A stretch of 64,000 bases of DNA from Mycobacteriales bacterium (GCA_013362805.1 JABFVL010000032.1:22050-86049); one strand, 5' to 3'. Shown: positions 21,840 through 31,728, counted from the stretch's first letter. Numbers and translations: made by a program. Notes: generated by a model not told the origin, from the sequence alone.

Positions 21840-22928
21840 CTAAAGCAGTTTCTCGGCTACTTTCAAGAAGGCGTCGTTTTCGTGGGGGGTGCCGATGGTG
21901 ACGCGTACGCCTTCGCCGTCAAAGGCTCGAACGATGATTCCTTGCCTTTCACAGTTGTGCCCGAACTCGGTAGTTCGATCGCCAAGCGGCAGCCACACGA
22001 AGTTCGCCTGGCTCGCTGGCACCGGGAGATATGCGGTCAGTGTTTCATGCACTCGTTCGCGTTCGGAGGTGATGATGTTGACGCGTCGCCGCATCTCTTC
22101 CTCGGCATCCAACGCCGCCACCGCCGCGGCCTGCGCGGGCAAAGTGGAAGAAAACGGAGTCAGCACTTTCCCAGCCGCTTCAATAAGCTGCGAAGAAGCC
22201 ATGGCATAGCCAATCCTGGCTCCCGCTAGGCCCCACGCTTTCGAAAAAGTGCGCACCACGGCAACGTTGGGTCGGTCGATGTAGTCCAAGCCGTCGACTG
22301 TATCCGGGTCAGTGCTGAACTCTCGGTATGCCTCGTCGAGCACAATCAGCACGTTGTCGGGCACTTCGCTCAACAGGTGTTCCAGCTCATCACGGGTGAT
22401 GCTGGTGCCCGTCGGGTTGTTCGGCGTGCACACAAAGATGAGACGAGTGCGAGGCGTGACCGCCGCCAACATCCCATTCACGTCCAGGCGATTGTCTGAA
22501 GTCAACGGAACCCGAATGGGGTCGGCGCCGGTGCGCGTCGTGATGATTGGGTAGGCCTCAAAGGAACGCCACCCAAAAATGATCTCGTCGCCATGTGTCG
22601 CGGTCGCCAACGCGAGGATTTCGCAGAGCGCCACGGAGCCACATCCAGTAAGAACGTGGTCTTGGGTGAGGCCGTGACGGGCCGCGATTTTCGCGCGCAG
22701 TGCCACCGCGAACATATCGGGATAGCGATGAAGCCGGGTGACCGCTTCGACTACCGCTTCAGTGACCCCGGGCAGCGGCCCGAACGGCATTTCGTTGCTG
22801 GCGAGCTTGATGGCATGAGGCACGCCTAGTTCTTTAGACACGTTTTCTGGCGTGCGGCCGGGTTTGTACGCGGGGACTCCAGCGAGATCTGGTCGGGTTA
22901 CCCCGCGGTTTTGCTCGGGTGAGGTCAC
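21840..22928 (-). CDS. histidinol-phosphate/aromatic aminotransferase (class II PLP)
   Basis: KLASNE, PNNPTG, DEAY, RTFSKAWGLAGARIGY; GTG 22928 overlaps the upstream stop. Confidence 0.9.
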   Translation of the reverse strand: MTSPEQNRGVTRPDLAGVPAYKPGRTPENVSKELGVPHAIKLASNEMPFGPLPGVTEAVVEAVTRLHRYPDMFAVALRAKIAARHGLTQDHVLTGCGSVALCEILALATATHGDEIIFGWRSFEAYPIITTRTGADPIRVPLTSDNRLDVNGMLAAVTPRTRLIFVCTPNNPTGTSITRDELEHLLSEVPDNVLIVLDEAYREFSTDPDTVDGLDYIDRPNVAVVRTFSKAWGLAGARIGYAMASSQLIEAAGKVLTPFSSTLPAQAAAVAALDAEEEMRRRVNIITSERERVHETLTAYLPVPASQANFVWLPLGDRTTEFGHNCERQGIIVRAFDGEGVRVTIGTPHENDAFLKVAEKLL

Positions 22929-23764
22929 GGAGTCGCTCCTTGCATTTCCATGTCGGTGCGCACCACAACAGTGCTCGCGAATTTGTCGTGCCCACACTGG
23001 CGCGCGGGTCTGTCCCACATGCACCACGCCGCGTCTAGAGCTTGCAGGGGAAGTGAGCACAACAGTGGGAACAGCATGGGCAGTGCGAACAAGCCCCATC
23101 GGCGAAACGACTGACCAAAGCGAGGATTCGTTCCCGTTGTCAGACTGACAACTTTCACACCCACAAGTCGCTTGCCCATGGTTTGCCCGGAATTCATCAT
23201 CGCCGGCACTTCGTAGGCAAGCCAAAGCAGCAGCCAAATGACGGTGATTAGGAGAGCGAGGCGTTGGGCTCGATCGGTGAGGTCCACCGTGCCCATGGTG
23301 CCGTTGACTTGGTAATCCCGGGTGGCGTCACGCAGTGAGGGGTAAATCTCTTTAAGGAACTGCCATACAAACCAGCCGTTAACCACAATGTTGAGTAGCA
23401 GCACCGCCGTGAAATCAATAATTCGTGCGCCCAGCCGGAAACCTCGTGGGGCCAAGACCGCGATGTATGTGGCGGAGACAGCGTCGCCTTGTGGGGTTTT
23501 GTTCGGACTTTGTGGCCCTCGCATGGTGGCGTATGGACTGGGTGCGTGTTTCTGCGTCTCTTGCGTCGTTTGCTCGTCAGGTGAAGCAAGTGATGCCACG
23601 GCTTCTTGCACTGGCTCAGGTTCTTTAACCTCAGGTGGCCCATCCGGTGGCGTCGCCTCGGCGGGCAGGGGCTCGCCAATCCAGCCTTCACCATCCCAGT
23701 AGCGCTGGGTCTGCGGTGCGGCTGGATCTGGATACCATCCTGGGGATATGGCCATGCCCGTCAT
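22925..23764 (-). CDS. RDD family membrane protein with N-terminal DUF2510
   Basis: PGWYPDP...QRYWDG, RLGARIID, GQTMGK, HDK. Confidence 0.9.
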   Translation of the reverse strand: MTGMAISPGWYPDPAAPQTQRYWDGEGWIGEPLPAEATPPDGPPEVKEPEPVQEAVASLASPDEQTTQETQKHAPSPYATMRGPQSPNKTPQGDAVSATYIAVLAPRGFRLGARIIDFTAVLLLNIVVNGWFVWQFLKEIYPSLRDATRDYQVNGTMGTVDLTDRAQRLALLITVIWLLLWLAYEVPAMMNSGQTMGKRLVGVKVVSLTTGTNPRFGQSFRRWGLFALPMLFPLLCSLPLQALDAAWCMWDRPARQCGHDKFASTVVVRTDMEMQGATP

Positions 23765-23866
23765 CGTTTCACCTTGGACGGGTATTAGACACGCTGGGGC
23801 GCGGGGTAAGGCCGGACCATTCCCTCAATTGTGAGGGAATGTCAGCCGTTGGCATGGTTGTGCGGT

Positions 23867-24337
23867 TTACGCGGGTGGCCTGGGGGTGCGTGGCCCCTGA
23901 GATGCTGCCGGCGTCTGTTGTGGCGGCAATTCTTGTGGGTCGATCCCGGCGGTGTGTGCACGTCCCGTACTTAGTGCCGTGCGCACTTTCACGCCGAGAT
24001 CTCGAAGCGCCACGGCGGCGCGAGTGAAGTTGCCGGGGCCTGGGCGGCGTTCGCCTCGTCGAGCGAATCTTGCTCGCCTGATCAGCCTGGCGTCAGGATC
24101 GTCATCTCTGCGCAACTGTGCGGCACGGGCCGTTGCCGGCAGGTGAGGGGGCGTCCCGTCGTGGAAAAGCCGTTGCGTGTCTAGAACGTGGGGGTACGTC
24201 AAAATCACTCCTAATAGCGCGGTCCGTTCGCCGACAGTGAAACACCGTGCCAGTTGAACAGTGTTCGCGCAACCGACTCGGTCAAGCTCGCGCGTTGTAA
24301 TCGCCTCGAACGCGACTGGCGGGTAGCCGGGCATCAA
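23867..24337 (-). CDS. possible orphan hypothetical protein
   Basis: Longest ORF in a ~600-bp gap; no motif or clear RBS. Confidence 0.3.
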   Translation of the reverse strand: MMPGYPPVAFEAITTRELDRVGCANTVQLARCFTVGERTALLGVILTYPHVLDTQRLFHDGTPPHLPATARAAQLRRDDDPDARLIRRARFARRGERRPGPGNFTRAAVALRDLGVKVRTALSTGRAHTAGIDPQELPPQQTPAASQGPRTPRPPA

Positions 24338-24368
24338 TGCGCTGGCCTGCGCTATAGACTCCTGGGGT

Positions 24369-25757
24369 ATGACGTTTCGGCTCTATGACACCGCCACGCG
24401 GAGCATCCGCGACTTCACCCCGAAAGTTGCCGGGCAGGCGGGCATCTACTTGTGTGGGGCGACGGTTCAGAGCGAACCGCACCTGGGTCACATGCGCTCA
24501 GGGGTTAGCTACGACATCCTGCGCCGGTGGCTGAGCCACCTCGGGAACGAGGTCACCTTCATTCGCAATGTCACCGACATTGACGACAAAATTTTGCAGA
24601 AAGCTCCCGAACAGGGTCGGCAATGGTGGGCGCTTTCTTATGAAAACGAGCGGGCATTCGACCAGGGCTATCTCACCCTCGGATGCCTAGCCCCCACCTA
24701 TGAGCCTCGGGCCACCGGTCACGTGCCGGAAATGATCGAGCTCATGCACACACTCATCGCCACCGGCCACGCTTACCCAACGGGTGGAGATGTGTTTTTC
24801 GATGTGCATTCTTTCCCCGAATATGGCGCCCTTTCGAATCAAAAACTCGAAAACATGCGCGCCGCCGAAGACGCCGAAATAAGTCTCAAACGCGACCCTC
24901 GTGATTTCGCGTTGTGGAAAGGGGTCAAACCACACGAGCCCGCCTCGGCGTCTTGGGCCACCCCATGGGGCCCCGGTCGCCCGGGCTGGCACCTGGAATG
25001 CTCGGCGATGGCCGGAAAATACTTGGGAGATGAGTTCGACATTCACGGCGGCGGCCCGGATTTGATTTTCCCGCACCATGAAAACGAGATAGCGCAGTCC
25101 AAAGCCGCCGGCCGACCGTTCGCGCGGTATTGGGTGCACCACGCCCTGGTCAGCCTGGGCGGGGAAAAAATGTCCAAATCGGTGGGCAACACCATCACCT
25201 TGCCGGTCATATTCAGCAAGCACCGCCCCATAGAGGTGCGCTATTACCTCGCATCACCGCACTACCGGTCCATCATCGAATACAGCGAGGAAGCCCTCGC
25301 GGAAGCCGCACAAGGTTTCGGGCGTATCGAAAACTTTATCCGCCGGGCTACCGAGCGGGTGGAAAGCCAAGCCACAGTTCTACCCGACGAGTTCACCGCC
25401 GCCATGAATGACGATTTGGCGACCCCGCGCGCATTTGGGGTCATTCACGACCTGGTGCGCCACGGCAATCAAGCGCTCGCCGATAACGATGACGCCGCGA
25501 CCCTCGAAGCGCTCGGCCAAATGCGCGCCATGCTGGGAGTTCTTGGGCTCGACCCCCTCGATGAAAAGTGGGGCTCAGCACCAAACGACGAGCTTAAAGG
25601 CGTCGTAGATGCGCTGGTAGGAGTGGTGATGGAGCAGCGGCAAAACGCCAGGGCGCGCAAAGATTATGCCGCCGCTGACGCGATTAGGGACCAGCTCAAG
25701 TCGGCTGGTTTGGCGATTGAGGACACCCCGCAGGGGCCCCGTTGGAACGTTTCTTAG
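24369..25757 (+). CDS. cysS: cysteine--tRNA ligase
   Basis: CGATVQ..HLGH, DFALWK, GRPGWHLEC, KMSKS. Confidence 0.97.
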   Translation: MTFRLYDTATRSIRDFTPKVAGQAGIYLCGATVQSEPHLGHMRSGVSYDILRRWLSHLGNEVTFIRNVTDIDDKILQKAPEQGRQWWALSYENERAFDQGYLTLGCLAPTYEPRATGHVPEMIELMHTLIATGHAYPTGGDVFFDVHSFPEYGALSNQKLENMRAAEDAEISLKRDPRDFALWKGVKPHEPASASWATPWGPGRPGWHLECSAMAGKYLGDEFDIHGGGPDLIFPHHENEIAQSKAAGRPFARYWVHHALVSLGGEKMSKSVGNTITLPVIFSKHRPIEVRYYLASPHYRSIIEYSEEALAEAAQGFGRIENFIRRATERVESQATVLPDEFTAAMNDDLATPRAFGVIHDLVRHGNQALADNDDAATLEALGQMRAMLGVLGLDPLDEKWGSAPNDELKGVVDALVGVVMEQRQNARARKDYAAADAIRDQLKSAGLAIEDTPQGPRWNVS

Positions 25758-25856
25758 CCGATCAATCCCTGCCAATTGCGGACATTCGAATTGGGTTCAT
25801 TCTGCCCATCGAATGTCGGCGCCAGCCCGCGTAGCTCGTCTGGCAAGCTGGTAGCT

Positions 25857-26834
25857 ATGCCAGGCAACTCAGAGCGGCGTAATCGTCGCAATCCGGGATC
25901 GAAAAAAGGCGCTGTCGTGGGCTCGGGCGGGCAACGGCGTCGCGGCCTGGAAGGTAAGGGGCCAACACCGGCGGCTAAGGATCGACAAAAGCATCCAGCC
26001 GCCAAACGAGCGGCTGCCGAAGCTAAACGCGGTGCGGCGCAGAGCGCTCGCCCGAAAGTCGCCCCAGGTCGCAAGTCCATGGGTGATAAAGACGGGCCCG
26101 AACTACTGGTTGGCCGCAACCCAGTGGTGGAGGCGCTGCGTGCCGAGATTCCGGCGATCGCGCTATACGTTGCCCTGGGTATTGATTTGGATGAACGCAT
26201 CAATGAGGCGGTGCGCTCGGCGGCAAACCGGGGTTTGACGATTATCGATGTCACTCGCACCGAACTGGATCGGATGACTGGTGGAATCTTGCACCAGGGC
26301 ATCGCTCTCAAGGTTCCGCCGTACGAATACTCCGAATTGCCAGAGGTGCTCGACAGCATTCGTGGGGCGGGTTTGCTCGTCGCCCTCGATGGAGTCACTG
26401 ATCCGCGCAACTTGGGCGCGGTAGTGCGTTCCGCATCCGCCTTTGGCGCCCACGGCGTGATAGTTCCACAGCGTCGCGCCGCTGGCATGACCGCCACCGC
26501 CTGGCGTACTTCGGCTGGCGCGGCGGCCAGACTGCCGGTCACGAAAGTAACGAACCTTGTCCGGGCATTGAAAACCTGCCAGGACCACGGCTACGTAGTG
26601 GTGGGTTTGGACGCTGACGGGGCCACGTCGCTGGACGATTTGCAAATGGTGACAGAGCCCACGGTGATTGTTGTCGGCTCTGAGGGGCGCGGCTTGTCGC
26701 GGCTTGTCGCGGCCACGTGCGATCAGCTGGCCTCAATTCCAATGGCAGAGAACAGCGAATCACTGAATGCCTCTGTCGCCGCGGCGGTCACTTTGGCTGA
26801 GGTTGCTCGTCGGCGACGTGCCGCGGGTGCTTAG
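25857..26834 (+). CDS. rlmB: 23S rRNA G2251 2'-O-methyltransferase
   Basis: [31 protein letters not shown]; N-terminus [15 protein letters not shown]. Confidence 0.93.
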   Translation: MPGNSERRNRRNPGSKKGAVVGSGGQRRRGLEGKGPTPAAKDRQKHPAAKRAAAEAKRGAAQSARPKVAPGRKSMGDKDGPELLVGRNPVVEALRAEIPAIALYVALGIDLDERINEAVRSAANRGLTIIDVTRTELDRMTGGILHQGIALKVPPYEYSELPEVLDSIRGAGLLVALDGVTDPRNLGAVVRSASAFGAHGVIVPQRRAAGMTATAWRTSAGAAARLPVTKVTNLVRALKTCQDHGYVVVGLDADGATSLDDLQMVTEPTVIVVGSEGRGLSRLVAATCDQLASIPMAENSESLNASVAAAVTLAEVARRRRAAGA

Positions 26835-26878
26835 CGCGTCGGTTTGCTCCAGCCCGCCGAGCCTTCTAGCGTGGGGCC

Positions 26879-27229
26879 ATGGCGAGTTCCTTGTGGTCCA
26901 TTGTGATCGATTCACACGACCCGCACCGCCTTGGTGTGTGGTGGGCGCGTGTACTCAATTACGAGATTGTTGAAGATAACGAAGAGGGATTGACACTCAG
27001 GCACCCAAAGGGTGAAGGTCCAGCACTTGATTTTTTGCCGGTGCCCGACGAGAAGGTAGTGAAGAACCGGCTTCATCTGGATCTCAACCCTGATGATCGA
27101 AATGCTGAGGTGCAGCGACTGATCCAGCTTGGCGCGAGTCGGGTCGACATTGGCCAGGGTGACGACGTGAGCTGGGTGGTGCTTGCCGATCCAGAGGGCA
27201 ACGAATTCTGTGTTCTCCAAGCTCGTTGA
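26879..27229 (+). CDS. VOC/glyoxalase-like protein
   Basis: KNRLHLDL, VLADPEGNEFC. Confidence 0.92.
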   Translation: MASSLWSIVIDSHDPHRLGVWWARVLNYEIVEDNEEGLTLRHPKGEGPALDFLPVPDEKVVKNRLHLDLNPDDRNAEVQRLIQLGASRVDIGQGDDVSWVVLADPEGNEFCVLQAR

Positions 27230-27277
27230 TGAGCTGAGCTTAGGGGCCCGTTGAGGCTAGGCCCCGAAGCGTTCGCC

Positions 27278-27454
27278 CTACGGTCGGGGCTTAAGCGGTG
27301 GATGTCCTAGCCTGGGTCCAGGGGCTGGGGTTCGGGGGCGTGTGTCGCCGGGCTGCGGTCCGATGTGTGCCGGGCGACCGCCGACGTTCGGCATGTTGTT
27401 CTCTGGCTGTTCAACGCGTTCATCTGGCGCCAGTGGCTTTCCTGGTTCGGGCAT
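27278..27454 (-). CDS. small Pro-rich protein, 58 aa, absent from the ORF track
   Basis: Purine-rich RBS GAGGAAAAGGAAA then ATG; MPEPGKPLAPDERVEQPENNMPNVGGRPAHIGPQPGDTRPRTPAPGPRLGHPPLKPRP. Confidence 0.5.
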   Translation of the reverse strand: MPEPGKPLAPDERVEQPENNMPNVGGRPAHIGPQPGDTRPRTPAPGPRLGHPPLKPRP

Positions 27455-27634
27455 CGCGACGTTTCCTTTTCCTCGTTGGATGAGCTAAACGCCCCACAGG
27501 CTATCTAAACGCCTTTCGCTTTCAGAAAACTGTATTAATCGAGGTTTTGGGCGGATCGCCACCATCTCAAAAGGACTATCTGCATTTGAGATGAAATAGT
27601 GCCTGCCCGTCGCGCATTATCGCTATCCAGGCTC

Positions 27635-27663
27635 TTGTGTTCGAACATATGTTCGATTATGTT
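27635..27663 (+). promoter_or_regulatory. promoter with a LexA SOS box in its spacer
   Basis: TTGTGT-17 nt-TATGTT; spacer contains the perfect palindrome TCGAACATATGTTCGA (27641-27656). Confidence 0.8.
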
Positions 27664-27669
27664 ATTCCC

Positions 27670-28680
27670 ATGACGGTCACAACGGTGGCGAGCATCGCGG
27701 CGCGCCTGGGCATATCGCGCACCACGGTGTCCAACGCGTTCAGTCGACCGGACCAGCTTTCCTCGCATTTGCGACAAGAAATTCTGTGTGCGGCCCAAGC
27801 TCTGGGTTATCCGGGGCCAGATCCGTTAGCCCAGTCGCTGCGCAGGGGAAACAGTTCATATGTTGCCCTGCTTTTCGGTGAGGAGTTGGCGACCTCCCTC
27901 CTCACCTCAGCTGCGCAGCGACTGCTCGCAAGCGTGGCGGCGGCGAGTGAGCAACACTGGGGCGGTTTGCTCCTCGCTTCCGCCGCGGCATGCCGCCCCC
28001 GGCGTGCCGCCGGACCCACCGGCCGAGCCTCGCAACCTACGGCCGGTGGGCTCATCGCATACTCGGTTCCTGAACAGGCAACCGGTGGGTTCGTTCGTTC
28101 ACCAGGCAAACGTGTCTTGATCGGTGGTCCACCGCCGACAAATCCGGAGATTGCCTGGGTTCAATTTGATCTAGCTTTGGGTGCACACGCCTTAGGGCGC
28201 CATTTGGTCGAGCTTGGGCACCGCTCGGTGCACATGGTGCGCACCCCTGTGTTCTCGGCGTCCTTCGGTTGGCCCGAGCCAGCAGAAGCCATGGGCGAGC
28301 ACATCTTCGATGGGTTCTCGCAAGGTCTCGGGGCAGCCCTGTCGCACACATACGACTTGTGTGCGGTTCCCACGCGGAAACAATGCGTTGAGCTACTAGG
28401 CACTGCGGAGAACGCAACCGCGATCGCGTGCGATAACGATGCCACCGCACTTGCCCTGCACGCCATCGCAAAGCAACTCGGCATCAAGATCCCAGAACAG
28501 CTGAGCATCGTCGGCGTGGGTGATGTGCCCGCTGCCCGCCTTGCCGGGCTCACTACGATTTCTGAACCGTGCGCATCCGCGGGTCACACAGCTTTGGCAC
28601 TTCTGGCGGAGGGAGGGCGATGCGTTTTGCCCGCTGAAGTGATGATGAGAGATAGCACTGGTCCAGCGCATAGTCGATGA
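27670..28680 (+). CDS. LacI-family transcriptional regulator (Rv3575c-like)
   Basis: IAARLGISRTTVSNAFSRPDQLS, LGYPGPDP, IPEQLSIVGVGD, RDST. Confidence 0.88.
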   Translation: MTVTTVASIAARLGISRTTVSNAFSRPDQLSSHLRQEILCAAQALGYPGPDPLAQSLRRGNSSYVALLFGEELATSLLTSAAQRLLASVAAASEQHWGGLLLASAAACRPRRAAGPTGRASQPTAGGLIAYSVPEQATGGFVRSPGKRVLIGGPPPTNPEIAWVQFDLALGAHALGRHLVELGHRSVHMVRTPVFSASFGWPEPAEAMGEHIFDGFSQGLGAALSHTYDLCAVPTRKQCVELLGTAENATAIACDNDATALALHAIAKQLGIKIPEQLSIVGVGDVPAARLAGLTTISEPCASAGHTALALLAEGGRCVLPAEVMMRDSTGPAHSR

Positions 28681-28735
28681 TCACGGCCCGATCTCCGGGC
28701 ATCACAAGCAACTAGCTACCATGTGTGCGATATCC

Positions 28736-28808
28736 GCCGACGTGGCGCAATTGGTAGCGCACCCGACTTGTAATCGGAAGGTTAGGGGTTCAAGTCCCCT
28801 CGTCGGCT
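28736..28808 (+). tRNA. tRNA-Thr(TGT)
   Basis: Acceptor stem GCCGACG/CGTCGGC, D-loop TTGGTA, anticodon loop CTTGTAA, T-loop GGTTCAAGTCC; CCA not encoded. Confidence 0.96.
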
Positions 28809-28860
28809 CTGTTTTTGCTGGTAGTGGGTTCTCGCCTAGTGCTGTGTACTCCGTCCGGGC

Positions 28861-29163
28861 TTACGAGGCAAAACGTTCACGTGTGTTTCGGTCTGAGTTT
28901 GCGGGTTCGGCACCATGTGCGGGTTGGTTGATCTGGGCCCACACCTCGTCGAGCGACAGGCCGAGGACTTCCGCGATTGCGGCGATGGTGGGAAATGCCG
29001 GGGTCGCTACTCGACCCGACTCGATCTTTCGGAGTGTCTCAGGGGAGACACGTGCGTCGAGCGCGATATTGAGCATTGAGCGCTCACCGCGGGCAAGACG
29101 GAGTAGGGCGCCGAGGCGCTGACCGCGCTCGACCTCTGCGGGTGTGAGCGGAAACCTGACCAT
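28861..29163 (-). CDS. XRE-family HTH regulator
   Basis: MVRFPLTP.E.ERG, SPETLRKIESGR..TPAF. Confidence 0.9.
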   Translation of the reverse strand: MVRFPLTPAEVERGQRLGALLRLARGERSMLNIALDARVSPETLRKIESGRVATPAFPTIAAIAEVLGLSLDEVWAQINQPAHGAEPANSDRNTRERFAS

Positions 29164-29178
29164 GATCCGATTCTAATA

Positions 29179-29200
29179 CCGGGATAATATGGCCGGGATA
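29179..29200. promoter_or_regulatory. direct repeat CCGGGATA x2, candidate XRE operator
   Basis: Copies at 29179 and 29193 in the divergent xre/map intergenic region. Confidence 0.45.
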
Positions 29201-29228
29201 GTTATTGGTGTGCGAGGAAAGGCGCCGC

Positions 29229-30011
29229 ATGATCGAGATCCTGAACCCCGCCCAACTACCCCAAGCAAGGGAAACAGGAGCCCTAGTCGGTGACATTCTG
29301 CAGTCGCTGAAAAGCCGCAGCGTCGTGGGCACGAACCTTCAAGACATTAATCGGTGGGCCCAATCGATGATTGTCGAAGCCGGAGCCCTCTCCTGCTATG
29401 TCGACTACGCGCCATCCTTCGGGCGTGGACCATTCGGCCACTACATTTGCACTTCAGTCAACGATGCTGTGCTGCATGGACGTCCATACGACTACACGCT
29501 TGTGGATGGCGACTTGCTCACGCTCGATCTCGCCATCTCCAAAGGTGGAATCGTCGCGGACTCGGCCATTAGCTACATCGTGGGTGATTCGCGGCCTTCG
29601 GAAAGCACCGCGCTGATTGAAGCGACCGAACGCGCGCTGGATGCGGGAATCGCCGCCGCCAGGCCTGGCGCTCGCATTGGTGATATATCGCATGCCATCG
29701 GCACGATCCTCCACGAAGCTGGGTATTCAATCAATGTCGAGTTTGGAGGCCATGGCGTTGGCTCAACGATGCACCAAGACCCGCACGTGGCTAACACTGG
29801 ACGACCCGGGCGTGGATACACACTGCGCCCCGGGCTGCTGCTGGCGCTGGAACCATGGGTCATGGCCGACACCGCGCAACTCGTTACCGATGCCGACGGG
29901 TGGACGCTTCGAAGCGCCACAGGCTGCCGGACCGCACACAGTGAGCACACCATCGCCATCACCGATGACGGAGCCGAAATTCTCACCTTGTCAAAGCGGC
30001 CCGCGGCGTGA
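29229..30011 (+). CDS. map: type I methionyl aminopeptidase
   Basis: SVNDAVLHG, DL..D, GHGVG..MH, EPW, AHSEHT. Confidence 0.93.
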   Translation: MIEILNPAQLPQARETGALVGDILQSLKSRSVVGTNLQDINRWAQSMIVEAGALSCYVDYAPSFGRGPFGHYICTSVNDAVLHGRPYDYTLVDGDLLTLDLAISKGGIVADSAISYIVGDSRPSESTALIEATERALDAGIAAARPGARIGDISHAIGTILHEAGYSINVEFGGHGVGSTMHQDPHVANTGRPGRGYTLRPGLLLALEPWVMADTAQLVTDADGWTLRSATGCRTAHSEHTIAITDDGAEILTLSKRPAA

Positions 30012-30077
30012 TGAGGCAAACGTGAAGAAGGCGCGGCTGGAGTTTCGGCTTTCGACAAAACTCAGAGCACAGAGCCG

Positions 30078-30614
30078 TTAGTGGAGGTTGCCGCCGTGCA
30101 GATAGCGAGCATGCCCATCGCGGCGAGCGGCGAGCGCGGCATGAACTCGGGGAACAGTAAATTCCGACAGCAGGTCTCCGGCCTGCTCAGCGGTGACAAA
30201 GCGGGCTTCATCGAGTTCTTCCGCTTGCAAAGCCAAGGGTGTATCAGCCGCGATGGTGCCGCCGTCGAAAATGTATGCGGTGATCGCCCTGGGGCGGATG
30301 CCAGAAGCGGGCGACCAGTCAATTGCTAGAAGTGGGCCGGATTTGACATTGAGTCCCAGCTCTTCGGTCACTTCACGTTCGGCGCAAAGGTCTGGTGATT
30401 CGTTGGCCTCAACAATGCCCCCTGGTAGGAGCCAGTAGTCACGATAGTTGGGCTTCACGATGAGCACGCGATCGTCGAAGTCGGTGAAAAGCATCGCCGA
30501 TGTCGCGTAAAAGACCGGCAGGCTTTCAAACCAGCGAAGCTGCTCTTGCTCTGTCCATCGGCGCACCTTTTTACCGTAGTCGATGACGGTTATAGGTTCA
30601 GGGTTGTTGTGCAA
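30078..30614 (-). CDS. NUDIX hydrolase
   Basis: Nudix box GGIVEANESPDLCAEREVTEELG. Confidence 0.92.
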   Translation of the reverse strand: MHNNPEPITVIDYGKKVRRWTEQEQLRWFESLPVFYATSAMLFTDFDDRVLIVKPNYRDYWLLPGGIVEANESPDLCAEREVTEELGLNVKSGPLLAIDWSPASGIRPRAITAYIFDGGTIAADTPLALQAEELDEARFVTAEQAGDLLSEFTVPRVHAALAARRDGHARYLHGGNLH

Positions 30615-31728
30615 TCACTTGTCGGATGGTCAGATTATTGTCGAGCAGCACGAGGTCTGCCCGCGCCTGCAATCGCAACGTTCCCCGGTCGTGCAGGTTC
30701 AACACTCGTGCTGGGGTACTGGTCAACGCGGTGATCGCGTGAAGTGGGGGAATTCCAGCGGCGATGCAGCGCCGCAGTGCGGCATCCTGTGTGGTGGTGC
30801 TACCGGCAAGTGCGCCGTTCTGGCTTAGGGTCGCTATTCCGCCGCGTACCGTCACATGTTGTTCGCTGAGTTGGTACTGCCCGTCGGGACTGCCCGCGGC
30901 GGCGATCGCGTCGGTGATGAGTGCGATTCGGCCCGGCCCGCAGTGGGTGAAGACGAAGCGCAGGAGTGCTTCGTGCACGTGGGCCCCATCGGCGATGATT
31001 TCTAGGGTCACCTCCGGACTTTCCAATAGCGCGGTAATGGGGCCTGGGTCTCGATGGTGCATTGGCCGGAGCCCATTGAACAGGTGAGTAGCCAAACTCG
31101 CGCCGGCAGCGATCGCGGTCACTGTGCGGTCGTATGAGGCATCGGTGTGGCCGATCGCAACCGTAATCCCGCCCGCTACGGCGGCGCGGATAACCTCGAG
31201 TGCGTGGGGCAGTTCTGGTGCGATGGTGATTTGTTTGACGTGTCCGCGGCCGGCTTTGATGAGTTCGTCAAAGACGCGGAGATCGGGTTCGACGATAAAC
31301 TCCGGGTTTTGCGCGCCACAGCGAGCGGGGGAGAGGAATGGTCCTTCTAGGTGTATGCCGGCGATGATGCGCGCCTCGGCGAGCTCGGCCAGGGTGCGAC
31401 ATGCGGCCACCATGTGAGCGTGAGGGGCGGTAACCAAGCTTGCCAGCATCGTCGTTGTTCCGTGAGCGGCGTGAAATTGAATCGCTTGTTTCGAGGCTTG
31501 GTGGTCCGCGTCGGTAAATGAGTGTCCGCCGCCGCCGTGGTTGTGTAGGTCGATGAAGCCGGGCACAAGCAAGCCGCCTTGGGCGTCAATCGTGGTATGC
31601 GCCGGTGGTGGTTCTCCGGTTCCGATTCCGGTGATGATGCCGTCGGTGTAGCTGAGCCAACCGGGTTGAATCTCCTCTGTTCGAGCTAGGCGGGCGGAGT
31701 GAATGACGGTGGTACGACTCATGCGCAT
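30598..31728 (-). CDS. nagA: N-acetylglucosamine-6-phosphate deacetylase
   Basis: PGFIDLHNHG, HLEGPF, THLFNG, IADGAH, LAGS; start approximate. Confidence 0.93.
   Translation of the reverse strand: MRMSRTTVIHSARLARTEEIQPGWLSYTDGIITGIGTGEPPPAHTTIDAQGGLLVPGFIDLHNHGGGGHSFTDADHQASKQAIQFHAAHGTTTMLASLVTAPHAHMVAACRTLAELAEARIIAGIHLEGPFLSPARCGAQNPEFIVEPDLRVFDELIKAGRGHVKQITIAPELPHALEVIRAAVAGGITVAIGHTDASYDRTVTAIAAGASLATHLFNGLRPMHHRDPGPITALLESPEVTLEIIADGAHVHEALLRFVFTHCGPGRIALITDAIAAAGSPDGQYQLSEQHVTVRGGIATLSQNGALAGSTTTQDAALRRCIAAGIPPLHAITALTSTPARVLNLHDRGTLRLQARADLVLLDNNLTIRQVIAQQP

Noticed and set aside
28721-30078. Prophage or ICE integrated at tRNA-Thr
   Set aside because: No integrase, no duplicated tRNA 3' end and no phage genes. 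The ORF at 28721-29122 overlaps the tRNA and is spurious.
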